A DNA stretch of 64,000 nt from a virus. Its lineage: Duplodnaviria; Caudoviricetes. The position numbers and the translations under genes are program-made. This document shows positions 47,966-57,254 of the stretch, in pieces. The stretch is taken from positions 18,750-82,749 of IMG/VR virus record IMGVR_UViG_3300021255_002777. One strand, given 5' to 3'. The notes beneath the pieces are model-generated. The model saw only the letters and a program-made list of their open reading frames with translations. It was not told the DNA's origin and ran no database searches. Within the stretch, counting starts at the first letter, position 1. The number at the start of each line of letters is the position of its first letter.

Positions 47966-50386
47966 TTAGCTGCTTGAGTTCTTGTGGGCATTGATGGACT
48001 GCTTCTGCAATTCTTCATTGCGCCTGTTAGACCTCTCCTGTTCACGCTGCTTTCTCTCATCCAAGGCTAGGCGGCGGTCAAACTGCCGGATACTTTCCTG
48101 AAGTTTAAGCCTCTGGTCTTCCGTCTGCGGGGCCTCAATGCCGTCGTCAAGGTGGTCTGCCTGTAGTTTGACGGCTGCGGCCTGTATGTAACCCTCTGCC
48201 TCAAGCCGCGAAGCAAGGACACGACTGTCGTTGTCCCTCTGGTTCATCTTATCCTTGAGTGCAAGCTCTTCCTCATGCTGCTGCATTTGCATCTCCAGAG
48301 CCTGCTGCTGTTGCTGCATTGCCTGCTGTTGTTGCTGTTGTGCCTGCTGTTGCTGCCTGCGTTCAGCGTTCTCAATCATACGCTGTTTCTGTGACAACGA
48401 CGCGGAGCCATACAGCTTCATCATGCTTGAGAATGTAAGTAACTGGTTCTGAAGACCAGCCTGTGCCAAGCCTTCGAGATTCTGACTAAGTTTCTGTGTA
48501 CCTGTGCTGTTGTCGACAACAAGTCCATAATCATTTTCACAGAATTGGTCACCGTCAATCTCAACGAGCTCGTAACTGCCGTCATCCAGTAGGAACCTGA
48601 ACTTTAGCTTTCTGCCACGTACAGCGATCTTGGCTGTCTCAAGAAATGCAGTGAGTACACGCTTTTTAAGATCATCGTGCATAGAAAACAGCCACTCGGT
48701 AATGTGTGTACTCTGCAATGTACTGCGCTCAACACCACCGACAGTCTCTCTGGAAGAAATCTGTCCGATACGCTGTTTGGTGATGCCGGTCACATCACCG
48801 ATTTCCTGCTTGATGTACTCAAGGATATTCATATGCTGCTGGATGATATCACCTGTCTCGGCATCAATCACAGCAGAGTAGTTGTTATTCATGGCGCCAA
48901 CCATAAGGCCGTTTGGCCCTTCCTGCATACTGTTGTAAACTGCAAGATTGTTGGCGCGTGCATAGTAAATCCATTTATCTATCTCCCATCCATGCGGAAC
49001 CTTTGCAAGGTCAAGCGGGATAATCTTGCCCCAGTTACGGGCAATGAGTTTATTAAGCCTGTCATGCACAGCATCATACAGGTAAGAGAATGGCTTCATC
49101 ATATCCACCATAGAATATGGATGGGAGTCATTGAAGTTATAGACAGAACCTATGATACCGAAATGGCAACGGCTGGGGTTGCTGAGACTGTTGTACTGAA
49201 CGGGACACGGGCCCATGTTGACATAGATGTCATCACCGATTTTCACACCTTCCCAAGCCTGGTTAATCCAGAATGTTTCTTCGGTTTCGCCAGCAGCCTC
49301 GTCAATCACATATTGCTCAGTGTAGAAGTGGAACTCCTCTTTACCTTCCTCGTTATACGATTTAACCTTCTTGATTCTGCGCCTTGACTTCCAGTACATT
49401 TGTATAACGCGGATGTTGCCTGCAAGATCATAAGGCAACAACCTATCGTAACCGTCAAGATCACCAAACAGGTCAGAGTAGAACATGCCGCCAACGTCAG
49501 ACTGGTCAGTAATCATGAAATTGGGAAGGAACGAATGGCGTTCATCAATCTGGTCCATAGAGTTCACAGCACCTTTGCCGACACTGCGCGGAAGCTCCTC
49601 AAGATGCAGAACCTGCTTTGGTGTAAGCTGTTCGCCATAGATGTCAACAATCTTTCCAGGCGAGATGTAGTCCTCAATGACAACAATATCAGCGTCTTCA
49701 ATACGACGGCTATTGCCAGCCATAAACACCCTGACCTTCATAGGATTAAGGCGTTTAAGCACTGGTTCCCCACCCTCTATAGTGCATTGATAGATTTCCT
49801 CACCGACTGTTAAGGCATCCATGAATCCGTCATTGAATATCTGCGGAAAGTTCTGTTCACGCCAATAGTGGGTAAGTAGCCTGTTGGCACGAAGCTCACG
49901 CATATCTTTCCAGGTAAACTGGAAATAATCACCAAGCTCTTCCATTCTTGCATTGTAGGCATTCTCATCCTGAGCGTTCTGTTGCAGAGTTGTTTGCAGC
50001 GCGGCCAGCGCAGCATCACGTTTACTTAACTCAATATCAGAAACCGCGTCAGGATTGGTCACAACCACCTGGTAATCAAAAACACGGGCAAGCTCCTCAC
50101 CGCGCAGCACGTTAAGGCTGGCGTTGATGATGGGGTAATGCTGAATCTTTTCTGGTATGTATTCACTACGTATCCTGTCAGGGTTGAGCATATACTCAAG
50201 GTCCTCCATATACAGGACACCGTTGACTAAGTCATAGTTTATCTTCTTCCGCTGCACACTCTTGCGCACAGGACTGAAATTGAACAAAGACTTGTCATCT
50301 GCCCAGTCCAGGTGTTGCTTCCTCCATTTCTTCGTCTTACTCTTGTAGGGAAGCTGTTGGCGCGGTATGTCTACATTGTACGGCAT
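47966..50386 (-). CDS. Portal protein (crAss001 gp20-like)
   Basis: 806 aa from ATG 50386; IQHYPIINASLNVLRGEE, RETVGGVERS motifs; poly-Q coiled-coil crown; next to terL. Confidence 0.9.
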   Translation of the reverse strand: MPYNVDIPRQQLPYKSKTKKWRKQHLDWADDKSLFNFSPVRKSVQRKKINYDLVNGVLYMEDLEYMLNPDRIRSEYIPEKIQHYPIINASLNVLRGEELARVFDYQVVVTNPDAVSDIELSKRDAALAALQTTLQQNAQDENAYNARMEELGDYFQFTWKDMRELRANRLLTHYWREQNFPQIFNDGFMDALTVGEEIYQCTIEGGEPVLKRLNPMKVRVFMAGNSRRIEDADIVVIEDYISPGKIVDIYGEQLTPKQVLHLEELPRSVGKGAVNSMDQIDERHSFLPNFMITDQSDVGGMFYSDLFGDLDGYDRLLPYDLAGNIRVIQMYWKSRRRIKKVKSYNEEGKEEFHFYTEQYVIDEAAGETEETFWINQAWEGVKIGDDIYVNMGPCPVQYNSLSNPSRCHFGIIGSVYNFNDSHPYSMVDMMKPFSYLYDAVHDRLNKLIARNWGKIIPLDLAKVPHGWEIDKWIYYARANNLAVYNSMQEGPNGLMVGAMNNNYSAVIDAETGDIIQQHMNILEYIKQEIGDVTGITKQRIGQISSRETVGGVERSTLQSTHITEWLFSMHDDLKKRVLTAFLETAKIAVRGRKLKFRFLLDDGSYELVEIDGDQFCENDYGLVVDNSTGTQKLSQNLEGLAQAGLQNQLLTFSSMMKLYGSASLSQKQRMIENAERRQQQQAQQQQQQAMQQQQQALEMQMQQHEEELALKDKMNQRDNDSRVLASRLEAEGYIQAAAVKLQADHLDDGIEAPQTEDQRLKLQESIRQFDRRLALDERKQREQERSNRRNEELQKQSINAHKNSSS

Positions 50387-50404
50387 AGTAATATTATTCC
50401 GTGA

Positions 50405-50412
50405 CAAAATTA
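50405..50412 (-). promoter_or_regulatory. Bacteroidetes -7 element TAATTTTG for the portal unit
   Basis: TAnnTTTG match 19 nt upstream of the portal ATG. Confidence 0.55.
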
Positions 50413-50471
50413 ACGCCTATTTACAGGCGTTCAGAAGGTGTTACGAGGATTGTAATAAGTGATTAACGGAT

Positions 50472-52823
50472 TTATTTCCTAAGTGAACTGAAGTCTATTG
50501 CAGGGCCGAGGCCGTCATAGTCATCAACAATATCAGGCATTCCACCACCAAACCTACTGTCGTAATTATCCTTGAAATACTTGTCATTCGCCATCGGGTC
50601 TTCTGGAGGAGTGTATTTCTCTGTACGTTTACCTATGGACACGAGTCTGTCTTCGCGTAATAGCATAAGCATGATGTTGGCGCTTACACGATCAAAGTTA
50701 CCTTGTGGATTCCATTGCGACAATTCTTGAAGATAAGCCCTGTTACGGATAGTGAATAAGCGCGGAACTTTGATAGTATTCTCCTCTCCGTTGTCTTTTG
50801 TAGTAACATCAACAAGTTCACGCAAAAAATGGTCAATAAGGTCTCGGCCATACTTATTCACTGCTTCCAGCGCCTTTGTGCCCTTAGCGGTGTTACCGTA
50901 GGTTGGGGCCTTGATGAGCATCTTATCACGGAGAATCTTCAAAGTGTCCGTCAACAGATAAACACTGTGCATCTTTGAGAAATAGCCAAACAAGCCCTTC
51001 TTATCATTCTCGTAGTTGAGTCTTGCATCATAAAACAGGCACAACCTTCTGCAGGTCTCGTAAAAATCCTCGGCAAGCATCGGTCTGCCAGTGTACTCAG
51101 CAACTATCCTGTCAGTCCATGTATCAAGAATGAAGATGCTCCCTAATGAGGTGGTGCCACTGACATCATCATCATAAGGGTCAGCACCAGCAATATAACG
51201 CATAGGGAACGGTTTACCGTCTTTGCCTTTCTCAGGCATCTCAAAGATTTCAATAGCACCTGCCATACCTTTATTATCCTTATGCGGAAAGAACCTGATA
51301 GGCTCAGCAGAAGTAGGTTTGAATACAACCTCACCTGCTGGGTTGATGGCCAGCTCACCAGAGTAAGCATTGTCATAAAACCTGGGATTGCTGTCAATCT
51401 GCAGCAACCTTTCCATAATATCGGTGACAGGAAACTTAGAGTAGGTTGTTCTGATAATGGCCTCAGCTGGGGTAATCGGCATCTCAGCGGTAACCTTAAC
51501 AATCTTCTGTGGGTCTCCTGTCTGATACTTAGCCTTGTATCTCTCATTGAGAACAAACAGGAGAGAGGAGACAACGTCGCTCACACCGTCTTTGTTGTAC
51601 CTACCTTTGATATTGGCATAAGCAGGGGAAAAGTAGGCAAAGTACGGTCTGCCTTGGTTTGGTCTGTCCCACACGTTAGGAAGTGCATACACATCATAGC
51701 CTATCGGGTTGTATAGGATCTCCTGTGCTCCAAAGAAGTCACTATCGCTGTCACCAGCGGTACCCAATGCATAGAAAAAGCCATACTTCAAATCACCCTC
51801 CTCCATACCGTATTTGGCAATGTTGACTGTATCAATGAAGTTGGGAAACGAACCGAACTCCTCAAAGAGCAACACACCACGCTTACCACGAACCTTCTCA
51901 GGGTCATTGTCGACGGCTATGCCAGAAACAGAGTTAAGTGTGCCTGAACGTGTACCAGTAGTCTTGTCCACAAAACCCATGACCCAGTTCAGTTTGTTTG
52001 GTGAGTTAACTACACGGTGCCTCGGGAACTGCGTGTTCTTCGCGCAAAAGTCGATGTTTGGGACAAACTTGGTCAGTGTACCATCAGTACCAGTAAGGTA
52101 GGTCCAGTTGGCTGCAATGACAAACGTAGTGAAACGCCTTGATGATTCGGCATCCTCGCCTAAGATGAAGTTCCTTGCAGCGATACAGGCCAGTGAGAAC
52201 GACTTACCACTGCCACGCTTTGACAACTCAACAGCATAATTACCGCCTTCAAAGTTGTTGTACTTACCACCATACCTGGCCTGCTCAAGGTAATGGAATC
52301 TCCAGTAAGCAATTTCCCAAGGCTCAGGAAAGCCTTCAGTACGTGAACCGACCTTACTCTTCCCTTCTTTGGCTTTGGTAACCATGATAGGGCAATAGTT
52401 CAAGTAAAAGTACAAGTAACCAGGAACCCACTCACCGTCCTCAGGCCTGACCATGCCTTCCCAACACCTGCGCACCTCCTCATCAAGCCATTTCCTGAAC
52501 GGGGAATTGGGGTTGCTGTTTGGCTTCAGTCTTGTATAGCAGCCGTATGTTTCATAGTGTATGGCAGCCTGCCTGAAATAATCCATGTTCTCCAGGATAT
52601 GCGGATGCACCAAATCAACAATGATTCTCCCTTTGCTGTCACGGGGAAGGTCACGGGCACGTTTCCTGTCAGGGGAAATGAGACTCTGGATAAACGGTAC
52701 AGAGGACACAAACTCCATGAACTGCTCACGAACCTCTTGCGGTTGCTTGGACAGTAGCTCTTCAGTAATTGGTGTCTGATACTTATTGGTGGGTATTATG
52801 ACATTATCCGTAGTACTCGTCAT
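50472..52823 (-). CDS. terL: Terminase large subunit
   Basis: Walker A SKRGSGKS, Walker B LLFEEFG, RNase H-like YIAGADPYDDD, NFDRVSA; no intein or intron evident. Confidence 0.93.
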   Translation of the reverse strand: MTSTTDNVIIPTNKYQTPITEELLSKQPQEVREQFMEFVSSVPFIQSLISPDRKRARDLPRDSKGRIIVDLVHPHILENMDYFRQAAIHYETYGCYTRLKPNSNPNSPFRKWLDEEVRRCWEGMVRPEDGEWVPGYLYFYLNYCPIMVTKAKEGKSKVGSRTEGFPEPWEIAYWRFHYLEQARYGGKYNNFEGGNYAVELSKRGSGKSFSLACIAARNFILGEDAESSRRFTTFVIAANWTYLTGTDGTLTKFVPNIDFCAKNTQFPRHRVVNSPNKLNWVMGFVDKTTGTRSGTLNSVSGIAVDNDPEKVRGKRGVLLFEEFGSFPNFIDTVNIAKYGMEEGDLKYGFFYALGTAGDSDSDFFGAQEILYNPIGYDVYALPNVWDRPNQGRPYFAYFSPAYANIKGRYNKDGVSDVVSSLLFVLNERYKAKYQTGDPQKIVKVTAEMPITPAEAIIRTTYSKFPVTDIMERLLQIDSNPRFYDNAYSGELAINPAGEVVFKPTSAEPIRFFPHKDNKGMAGAIEIFEMPEKGKDGKPFPMRYIAGADPYDDDVSGTTSLGSIFILDTWTDRIVAEYTGRPMLAEDFYETCRRLCLFYDARLNYENDKKGLFGYFSKMHSVYLLTDTLKILRDKMLIKAPTYGNTAKGTKALEAVNKYGRDLIDHFLRELVDVTTKDNGEENTIKVPRLFTIRNRAYLQELSQWNPQGNFDRVSANIMLMLLREDRLVSIGKRTEKYTPPEDPMANDKYFKDNYDSRFGGGMPDIVDDYDGLGPAIDFSSLRK

Positions 52824-53010
52824 AAAGTTCTCTGATTACCTGCTCCATCGGGTCATCATTGTATGGTTTCTCGTATGATGAATATTGGGTATCTGCGTTG
52901 TCTAACGACGAATCATAGTCATTCACGATATCGTCAAGATTGTGGAACCCGCGTCTTACATAATCTTTGATGAGCTCAAACTTCTCATCCTGTCTCAAAT
53001 CTGACCACAT
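52804..53010 (-). CDS. Small protein (68 aa) upstream of terL
   Basis: MWSDL..EKFELIKDYV..G..NLDDI..Y helical module; overlaps the terL start. Confidence 0.55.
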   Translation of the reverse strand: MWSDLRQDEKFELIKDYVRRGFHNLDDIVNDYDSSLDNADTQYSSYEKPYNDDPMEQVIRELYDEYYG

Positions 53011-53012
53011 AG

Positions 53013-53315
53013 TTAGTATATTATATCATTTTTCTGCGTTAACATATCTGCACGCGCAGCATTGAGAAGACTTGCTATAAAGTCAGCAGTAACACTGCGC
53101 CAGGCTGCATTTTCATCAACTTGACTTGTGTTAACCTGATGCATAAATCTGAAACTCAAGTCAAGCGGCCTACTGTCAGCAATTACTGAGTACGTGGTAA
53201 TGACAGGAAACTTGGTGTTTTTCCTGCTAGAACCGTAAACAACAAACTCAGCATCAGGAAAAGCAATATTAAGTGCATCATTAATGCAGTTTAAAAAATC
53301 AGTGTACGTTAGCAT
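53013..53315 (-). CDS. Hypothetical protein
   Basis: 100 aa ORF, ACTATG start context, tightly packed with neighbours. Confidence 0.6.
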   Translation of the reverse strand: MLTYTDFLNCINDALNIAFPDAEFVVYGSSRKNTKFPVITTYSVIADSRPLDLSFRFMHQVNTSQVDENAAWRSVTADFIASLLNAARADMLTQKNDIIY

Positions 53316-53410
53316 AGTTTAACACAATTAGTTTTGTATGAGTGAACAGACCATATATTTTACCTAAGGTTAGATAATCTTAATACTACGAAGCTTTCAC
53401 CTTACCCGCT

Positions 53411-53500
53411 GCTGTGCGCAGAATGCGCATAGCTGTTAAACGCAAAGCTGTTTAACGTAGACATATTACACTATGCATAGTGCTCGGCTGGGCTCGGCTG
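53411..53500. repeat. Cluster of inverted and direct repeats in an intergenic region
   Basis: GCTGTGCGCA-gaa-TGCGCATAGC; GTTAAAC-8-GTTTAAC; perfect palindrome CACTATGCATAGTG (53469-53482); GCTCGGCTGG x2. Confidence 0.8.
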
Positions 53501-53531
53501 GGGCCGTTTCATGGAAAGGGAAAAGCATTGT

Positions 53532-54074
53532 TTATTCCACATCCATTATCGAGAGTTCTGAACTGCCTACGGCAGATTCAGTCTCTCTCAACTGTTCATT
53601 CAACAGCTTCTCCGCATTATCAAGGTCTCGCACCAGGCTTGGTACCTGCTTAATCGTTGCTGTTATCACATTCAAAGTGTAGATTGGCTTGCCATTCTTG
53701 TCTTTCTCATCCAAGTTAATGTCACGCAACAATGTGCGCAGCTTATCCACAGCGTATCTCGTATCCTGTAACAGCAAAGCAGAAGTTGTTGTAAAGGAAA
53801 GGTAGAGTTCAATAGCTTTCTTCAGTTCCTTATCTGGCTTCCATTTAGCAGGCAGACCAAGCCCTTCTTTCACTGCTTTATCCCTGTCTTCGTCATCTAC
53901 TATGTACTGGTACTCTGAACGGGGATCGGCATAGAAGTATATATAGGCAAACTCTGTCACTGCTTTGTCCTTGTTCTTGGACCTGTCACGTGACCACAAA
54001 ACCTTGAATGGTTTCAGTGCAAGTGCTTCAGGTGACACTTTCACCTTATATCCTTCATAAGTCAGCAGTTTCAT
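53532..54074 (-). CDS. Conserved Crassvirales protein (possible terminase small subunit)
   Basis: AYIYFYADPRS.Y, WKPD, helical C-half; upstream of terL. The TerS role is inferred from position only. Confidence 0.5.
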   Translation of the reverse strand: MKLLTYEGYKVKVSPEALALKPFKVLWSRDRSKNKDKAVTEFAYIYFYADPRSEYQYIVDDEDRDKAVKEGLGLPAKWKPDKELKKAIELYLSFTTTSALLLQDTRYAVDKLRTLLRDINLDEKDKNGKPIYTLNVITATIKQVPSLVRDLDNAEKLLNEQLRETESAVGSSELSIMDVE

Positions 54075-54481
54075 TGCAGGATAGTCGGTGCAGGTGCGAT
54101 GTACAGTGAAGGTAAATCCTCAACCTCCTCAAACTTATCCATGATAAACTGTATATCAGTATCATATATAAGCAGATGGTCTTTGCCATCGAGGTTGATT
54201 ACAGGGATGTTGTAGGCAACAATAGGATTGTCGCTGACAACACCGTCTTTTAATGAGCCATCCTGATGTTTCATCACAGCGTAACGTGTTGGATTAATCA
54301 TAATGACATCACCAGGCTTGCATACTTTCACAGTGGAACCGACAGCAATAACACGCTGATATTCCTTTACAGTTCCTGCCGTCTTTACAATCATACCATT
54401 GTCCATCACATCCTTATCGTAGGTATGTTTGGTGGTCAGGATATGGTTGAACACAGGTGTAATCTTTTTCAGTTTAAGCAT
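54071..54481 (-). CDS. GroES-like co-chaperonin
   Basis: ITPVFNHIL, RVIAVGSTVKVCKPGDVIMIN, LLIYDTDI match the Cpn10 fold pattern. Confidence 0.7.
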   Translation of the reverse strand: MLKLKKITPVFNHILTTKHTYDKDVMDNGMIVKTAGTVKEYQRVIAVGSTVKVCKPGDVIMINPTRYAVMKHQDGSLKDGVVSDNPIVAYNIPVINLDGKDHLLIYDTDIQFIMDKFEEVEDLPSLYIAPAPTILQ

Positions 54482-54483
54482 AG

Positions 54484-54858
54484 TTATTCAATATTTTCTG
54501 TATTATTATTCATCTTTCGTCTGGCATTCTTGATTGCATCATGCACTTTATGCCAATGCCATAGGCTTCTTTCGGTTACCTCAAGGGACGCTATTTTAGG
54601 TATGTGCATGATGCGCCTCGGAGAGAGTAGTTTTTCATCAGAAATGTCACGCGGATTTCCCTCGGGAAACATCATGCACAATGATTGTGCAATAAAGTCT
54701 TTGTAGATGCGTGCAATTTCATTGCCTGAAATACCAAGTTCTTTGCCAACTTCGTCGCAGGCTTTGTAGAACATGGCATAGTCAGGCAACGGGATACGTT
54801 CACCGCCATCAAAGGCTTCGTACCTGTCACTGGATCTTCTCTTTGTTCCTTTTGGCAT
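54484..54858 (-). CDS. HU/IHF-like DNA-binding protein
   Basis: EVGKELGIS..EIARIYKDF helical pair, then IMHIPKIASLEV beta arm; start reassigned to ATG 54858. Confidence 0.45.
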   Translation of the reverse strand: MPKGTKRRSSDRYEAFDGGERIPLPDYAMFYKACDEVGKELGISGNEIARIYKDFIAQSLCMMFPEGNPRDISDEKLLSPRRIMHIPKIASLEVTERSLWHWHKVHDAIKNARRKMNNNTENIE

Positions 54859-55249
54859 GGCTGAAATCGAAGAAAAGCAGCACAGAGAATGCTTTGCCTG
54901 ATTCATCAGGCTTGATGTCAGGAATGAACTTAGGATTAAGCCTGTCTTCCAGAACAACACCAGACCTGCGCAATCTGGTAAGTATAGTGTTCATGTAGCC
55001 ATGCTTCAGGTTAAGGCGTTTTTCTATCACTGAACGTGAGTCTGCATTGAGCACAAGTTTGTCAAGCAGCACAGGGTCGGCTACAGTCTTGCTCAGTTCG
55101 AACCTTCTGTGGAACAAAGCCGCGGCCACATCCATTTCGCGGTCAGTTAAAGCATGAAATGGTGTGAGGAAGCGTATCCACCAATGGAAAAAGGTACCGT
55201 CATCAACAGACGATGGCACCTTAATCAGGCATGAAGGCTTGAGGCTCAT
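54827..55249 (-). CDS. Putative winged-helix DNA-binding regulator
   Basis: LTDREMDV...IEKRLNLKHGYMNTILTRLRRSGVV, an HTH-like pattern. Confidence 0.5.
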   Translation of the reverse strand: MSLKPSCLIKVPSSVDDGTFFHWWIRFLTPFHALTDREMDVAAALFHRRFELSKTVADPVLLDKLVLNADSRSVIEKRLNLKHGYMNTILTRLRRSGVVLEDRLNPKFIPDIKPDESGKAFSVLLFFDFSHAKRNKEKIQ

Positions 55250-55488
55250 TGCTTATCAGGAGCTCCTTCCTCCTTAGGCACTGGGACAAGCCTGTCAAGG
55301 AAGTTGACCACTTTCTGCTTCAATTCGGCAGGAAGTTGTTCGCCACACTTGAGCATCTCGATGCAGAGATAGGCCATCTCGCGGATCTCATTAACACGGC
55401 CCACCTCGTTGAGCCTGCCTTGCAACTCAGCACATACATGCTCAAGCTGTTCATAACTTAATTTTTTGTCTTTCTGTTCGTTGTCCAT
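55246..55488 (-). CDS. Hypothetical coiled-coil protein
   Basis: KLSYEQLEHVC.EL helical pattern; ATGA overlap with the downstream gene. Confidence 0.6.
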   Translation of the reverse strand: MDNEQKDKKLSYEQLEHVCAELQGRLNEVGRVNEIREMAYLCIEMLKCGEQLPAELKQKVVNFLDRLVPVPKEEGAPDKQ

Positions 55489-55515
55489 CTTGAATATCAA
55501 TTAACATTAACTATA

Positions 55516-55737
55516 TCAGTCATTCTTTCCGCCACGGAGAATGGCACGTTTGTGGTTGACGTAAGGCTCACCGTACTTTTTCTCGTACACCTCTTCCCAG
55601 ATGTAGATATTGGGCAGTTCACCTATGTCAGTACTTCCGCAGTGTTTGCAGAAATCCTGGCCCATCTCCGATTCGATGCCCAAACTCAAGCAGCGACGGC
55701 AATAAAAAACAGGGTCTGTGTCTTCTTTCCTAATCAT
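55516..55737 (-). CDS. Small zinc-ribbon protein
   Basis: PVFYCRRCLSL...FCKHCGST (two CxxC pairs). Confidence 0.75.
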   Translation of the reverse strand: MIRKEDTDPVFYCRRCLSLGIESEMGQDFCKHCGSTDIGELPNIYIWEEVYEKKYGEPYVNHKRAILRGGKND

Positions 55738-55907
55738 CGGTAGTACAAAAGCACATACCCGCCTTGAATCGGAGTCAGTGAAACAAACTCCTTATCAGTG
55801 ACACGTAGCATGTTTGCACGGTCAACACAGCCAAGCACTGAGTTCTCAACAACAACCCTCAGCGCTTTTGTTTCCTTCTCCTTAGTATCTTTTGCGGTAT
55901 TGTCCAT
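55734..55907 (-). CDS. Small hypothetical protein (first gene of the late unit)
   Basis: MDNTAK...YVLLYYR; ATG 55907 lies downstream of the promoter at 55926-55933. Confidence 0.6.
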   Translation of the reverse strand: MDNTAKDTKEKETKALRVVVENSVLGCVDRANMLRVTDKEFVSLTPIQGGYVLLYYR

Positions 55908-55924
55908 ATATGCAATAATTTCCC

Positions 55925-55933
55925 GCAAAGTTA
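55925..55933 (-). promoter_or_regulatory. Bacteroidetes -7 element TAACTTTGC at the head of the late operon
   Basis: TAnnTTTG match in the gap between the integrase stop and the first late gene. Confidence 0.6.
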
Positions 55934-55990
55934 ATGAAGTGTGTTTAATTATGCAAGTTTTAGATTAATTTTTGCATATAAATTTTGTTA

Positions 55991-57148
55991 CTATACATTC
56001 TTTCCCAGAACATAGTCAATCACGGCCCTGTTCGCTTTGTCGACTTTACTATGGTCAAATGTGATATAGATATCAGTCACAGTGATGTTGGAATGACCAA
56101 GTGCAGCAGCTATAGTTTCCTTAGGTATGTCAAGGCTTGCTGCGATTGTTGCCCAGGTGTACCTTGCACAGTATGTTGTCAATGAATTGTATCCGACCTT
56201 TTTTCCAATGTGTTTCAACAATCTGTTTATCATTATAACAAGGCTGTGTGCATTCTTGTAATGCTTGACCCAGTTCATGACGGAGAGCAGCGCTCTGGCT
56301 TCGGGCTGCAGTGAAAACTCATAAGGCTTCCCTGTTTTCTGTCTGAAGTATTTCACCTTCCTACCGTTGCATTCTAGTAGTATCAGGTCTGCCATGTTGA
56401 TTCCAATCATGTAGAAGGAAAGCATGAAACAATCCCTTGCATTAGCCTCAGAACCAGTCAGTTTTATGTTGATTAGTTTTCTCAATACATCAACAGGTAA
56501 TGCTCTTGGTTTAGTTGGCTCTCCACGTATCTTGAACTTTCTGAACGGATAGTTGAGTGTCAATCCATCGTCAATGGCTGCATTGAATATCGTTCTGAGG
56601 TTCCTGAAATGCACAGACCTTGCATTCATCGAAGGGCAGCCATGCTCGGATAACCACTTGTCAAACCTACGCAGCCATGTCGGGTTCACGGCGTCAAAGA
56701 CCAGGCTCTCTACTTTGGGATTAAACTGTGTCATCCTGCTGATTGTGGAACGGTACACGGACTTTGTGTTCTTCTTCGATTTCATCTCCATGTACTGCCT
56801 CATATAATTCAGCACAAGTTTAGTGGATATGTCCGGGGTAACCAAAGACTGCATAACTAGATCACGCAGTTGCACAGAATCAATCACACCGGCATCAAAG
56901 CCGTCAGAGATTTTGAGCAGGGCGTCCTGTGCTTTGATGAGCAGTCTATGTGCTTCAAGTGTCAGCTTTCCGGCATCAGGGTGACGTATCACGCATTGCT
57001 GCTTTTTGTCCCATTGTTGTTTGGTCAGTTTGATTCCAGTCTGTGCATAGCTTGTCTTACCACAGGAAGAGAATGCCAGCATCAATGTACGTACACTGTC
57101 TTTGGTGTACCTGTTGTTGTCAGGCAGATGTAGAGATATCTTTGCCAT
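55991..57148 (-). CDS. int: Tyrosine integrase, Bacteroidetes (IntDOT-like) family
   Basis: N-terminal arm-binding region, SAM-like core (KNTKSVYRSTI..M..F), catalytic GINMADL, YFRQKTG, TTYCARYTWAT, ALGHS, TDIY; start at ATG 57148. Confidence 0.92.
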   Translation of the reverse strand: MAKISLHLPDNNRYTKDSVRTLMLAFSSCGKTSYAQTGIKLTKQQWDKKQQCVIRHPDAGKLTLEAHRLLIKAQDALLKISDGFDAGVIDSVQLRDLVMQSLVTPDISTKLVLNYMRQYMEMKSKKNTKSVYRSTISRMTQFNPKVESLVFDAVNPTWLRRFDKWLSEHGCPSMNARSVHFRNLRTIFNAAIDDGLTLNYPFRKFKIRGEPTKPRALPVDVLRKLINIKLTGSEANARDCFMLSFYMIGINMADLILLECNGRKVKYFRQKTGKPYEFSLQPEARALLSVMNWVKHYKNAHSLVIMINRLLKHIGKKVGYNSLTTYCARYTWATIAASLDIPKETIAAALGHSNITVTDIYITFDHSKVDKANRAVIDYVLGKNV

Positions 57149-57175
57149 AGTATTTTGGTTTAGGTTAACGGTACC

Positions 57176-57184
57176 GCAAAGATA
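57176..57184 (-). promoter_or_regulatory. Integrase promoter -7 element TATCTTTGC
   Basis: TAnnTTTG match 28 nt upstream of the int ATG, abutting the arm-type repeats. Confidence 0.7.
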
Positions 57185-57254
57185 GTAAATCATTCACTAT
57201 TTTTTCACTATTTCAGATAGTGAATCGCCATTAAGCATAGTGTTGCACAGTGTA

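Noticed and set aside
48290-48360. CTG/TTG-rich repeat
   Set aside because: It encodes the poly-Q coiled coil of the portal C-terminus.
50472-52823. Intein or group I intron in terL or MCP
   Set aside because: The ORFs are continuous and of ordinary length, with no intein or homing-endonuclease motifs.
55985-56185. Cys-rich plus-strand ORF
   Set aside because: Antisense shadow of the integrase; the Cys residues come from reverse-complement codons.
124-56807. Many antisense and alternative-frame ORFs in the track (e.g. 10272-11360, 15626-16465, 33460-34215, 37029-37733)
   Set aside because: They lie fully within long genes with recognisable products on the other strand or frame.
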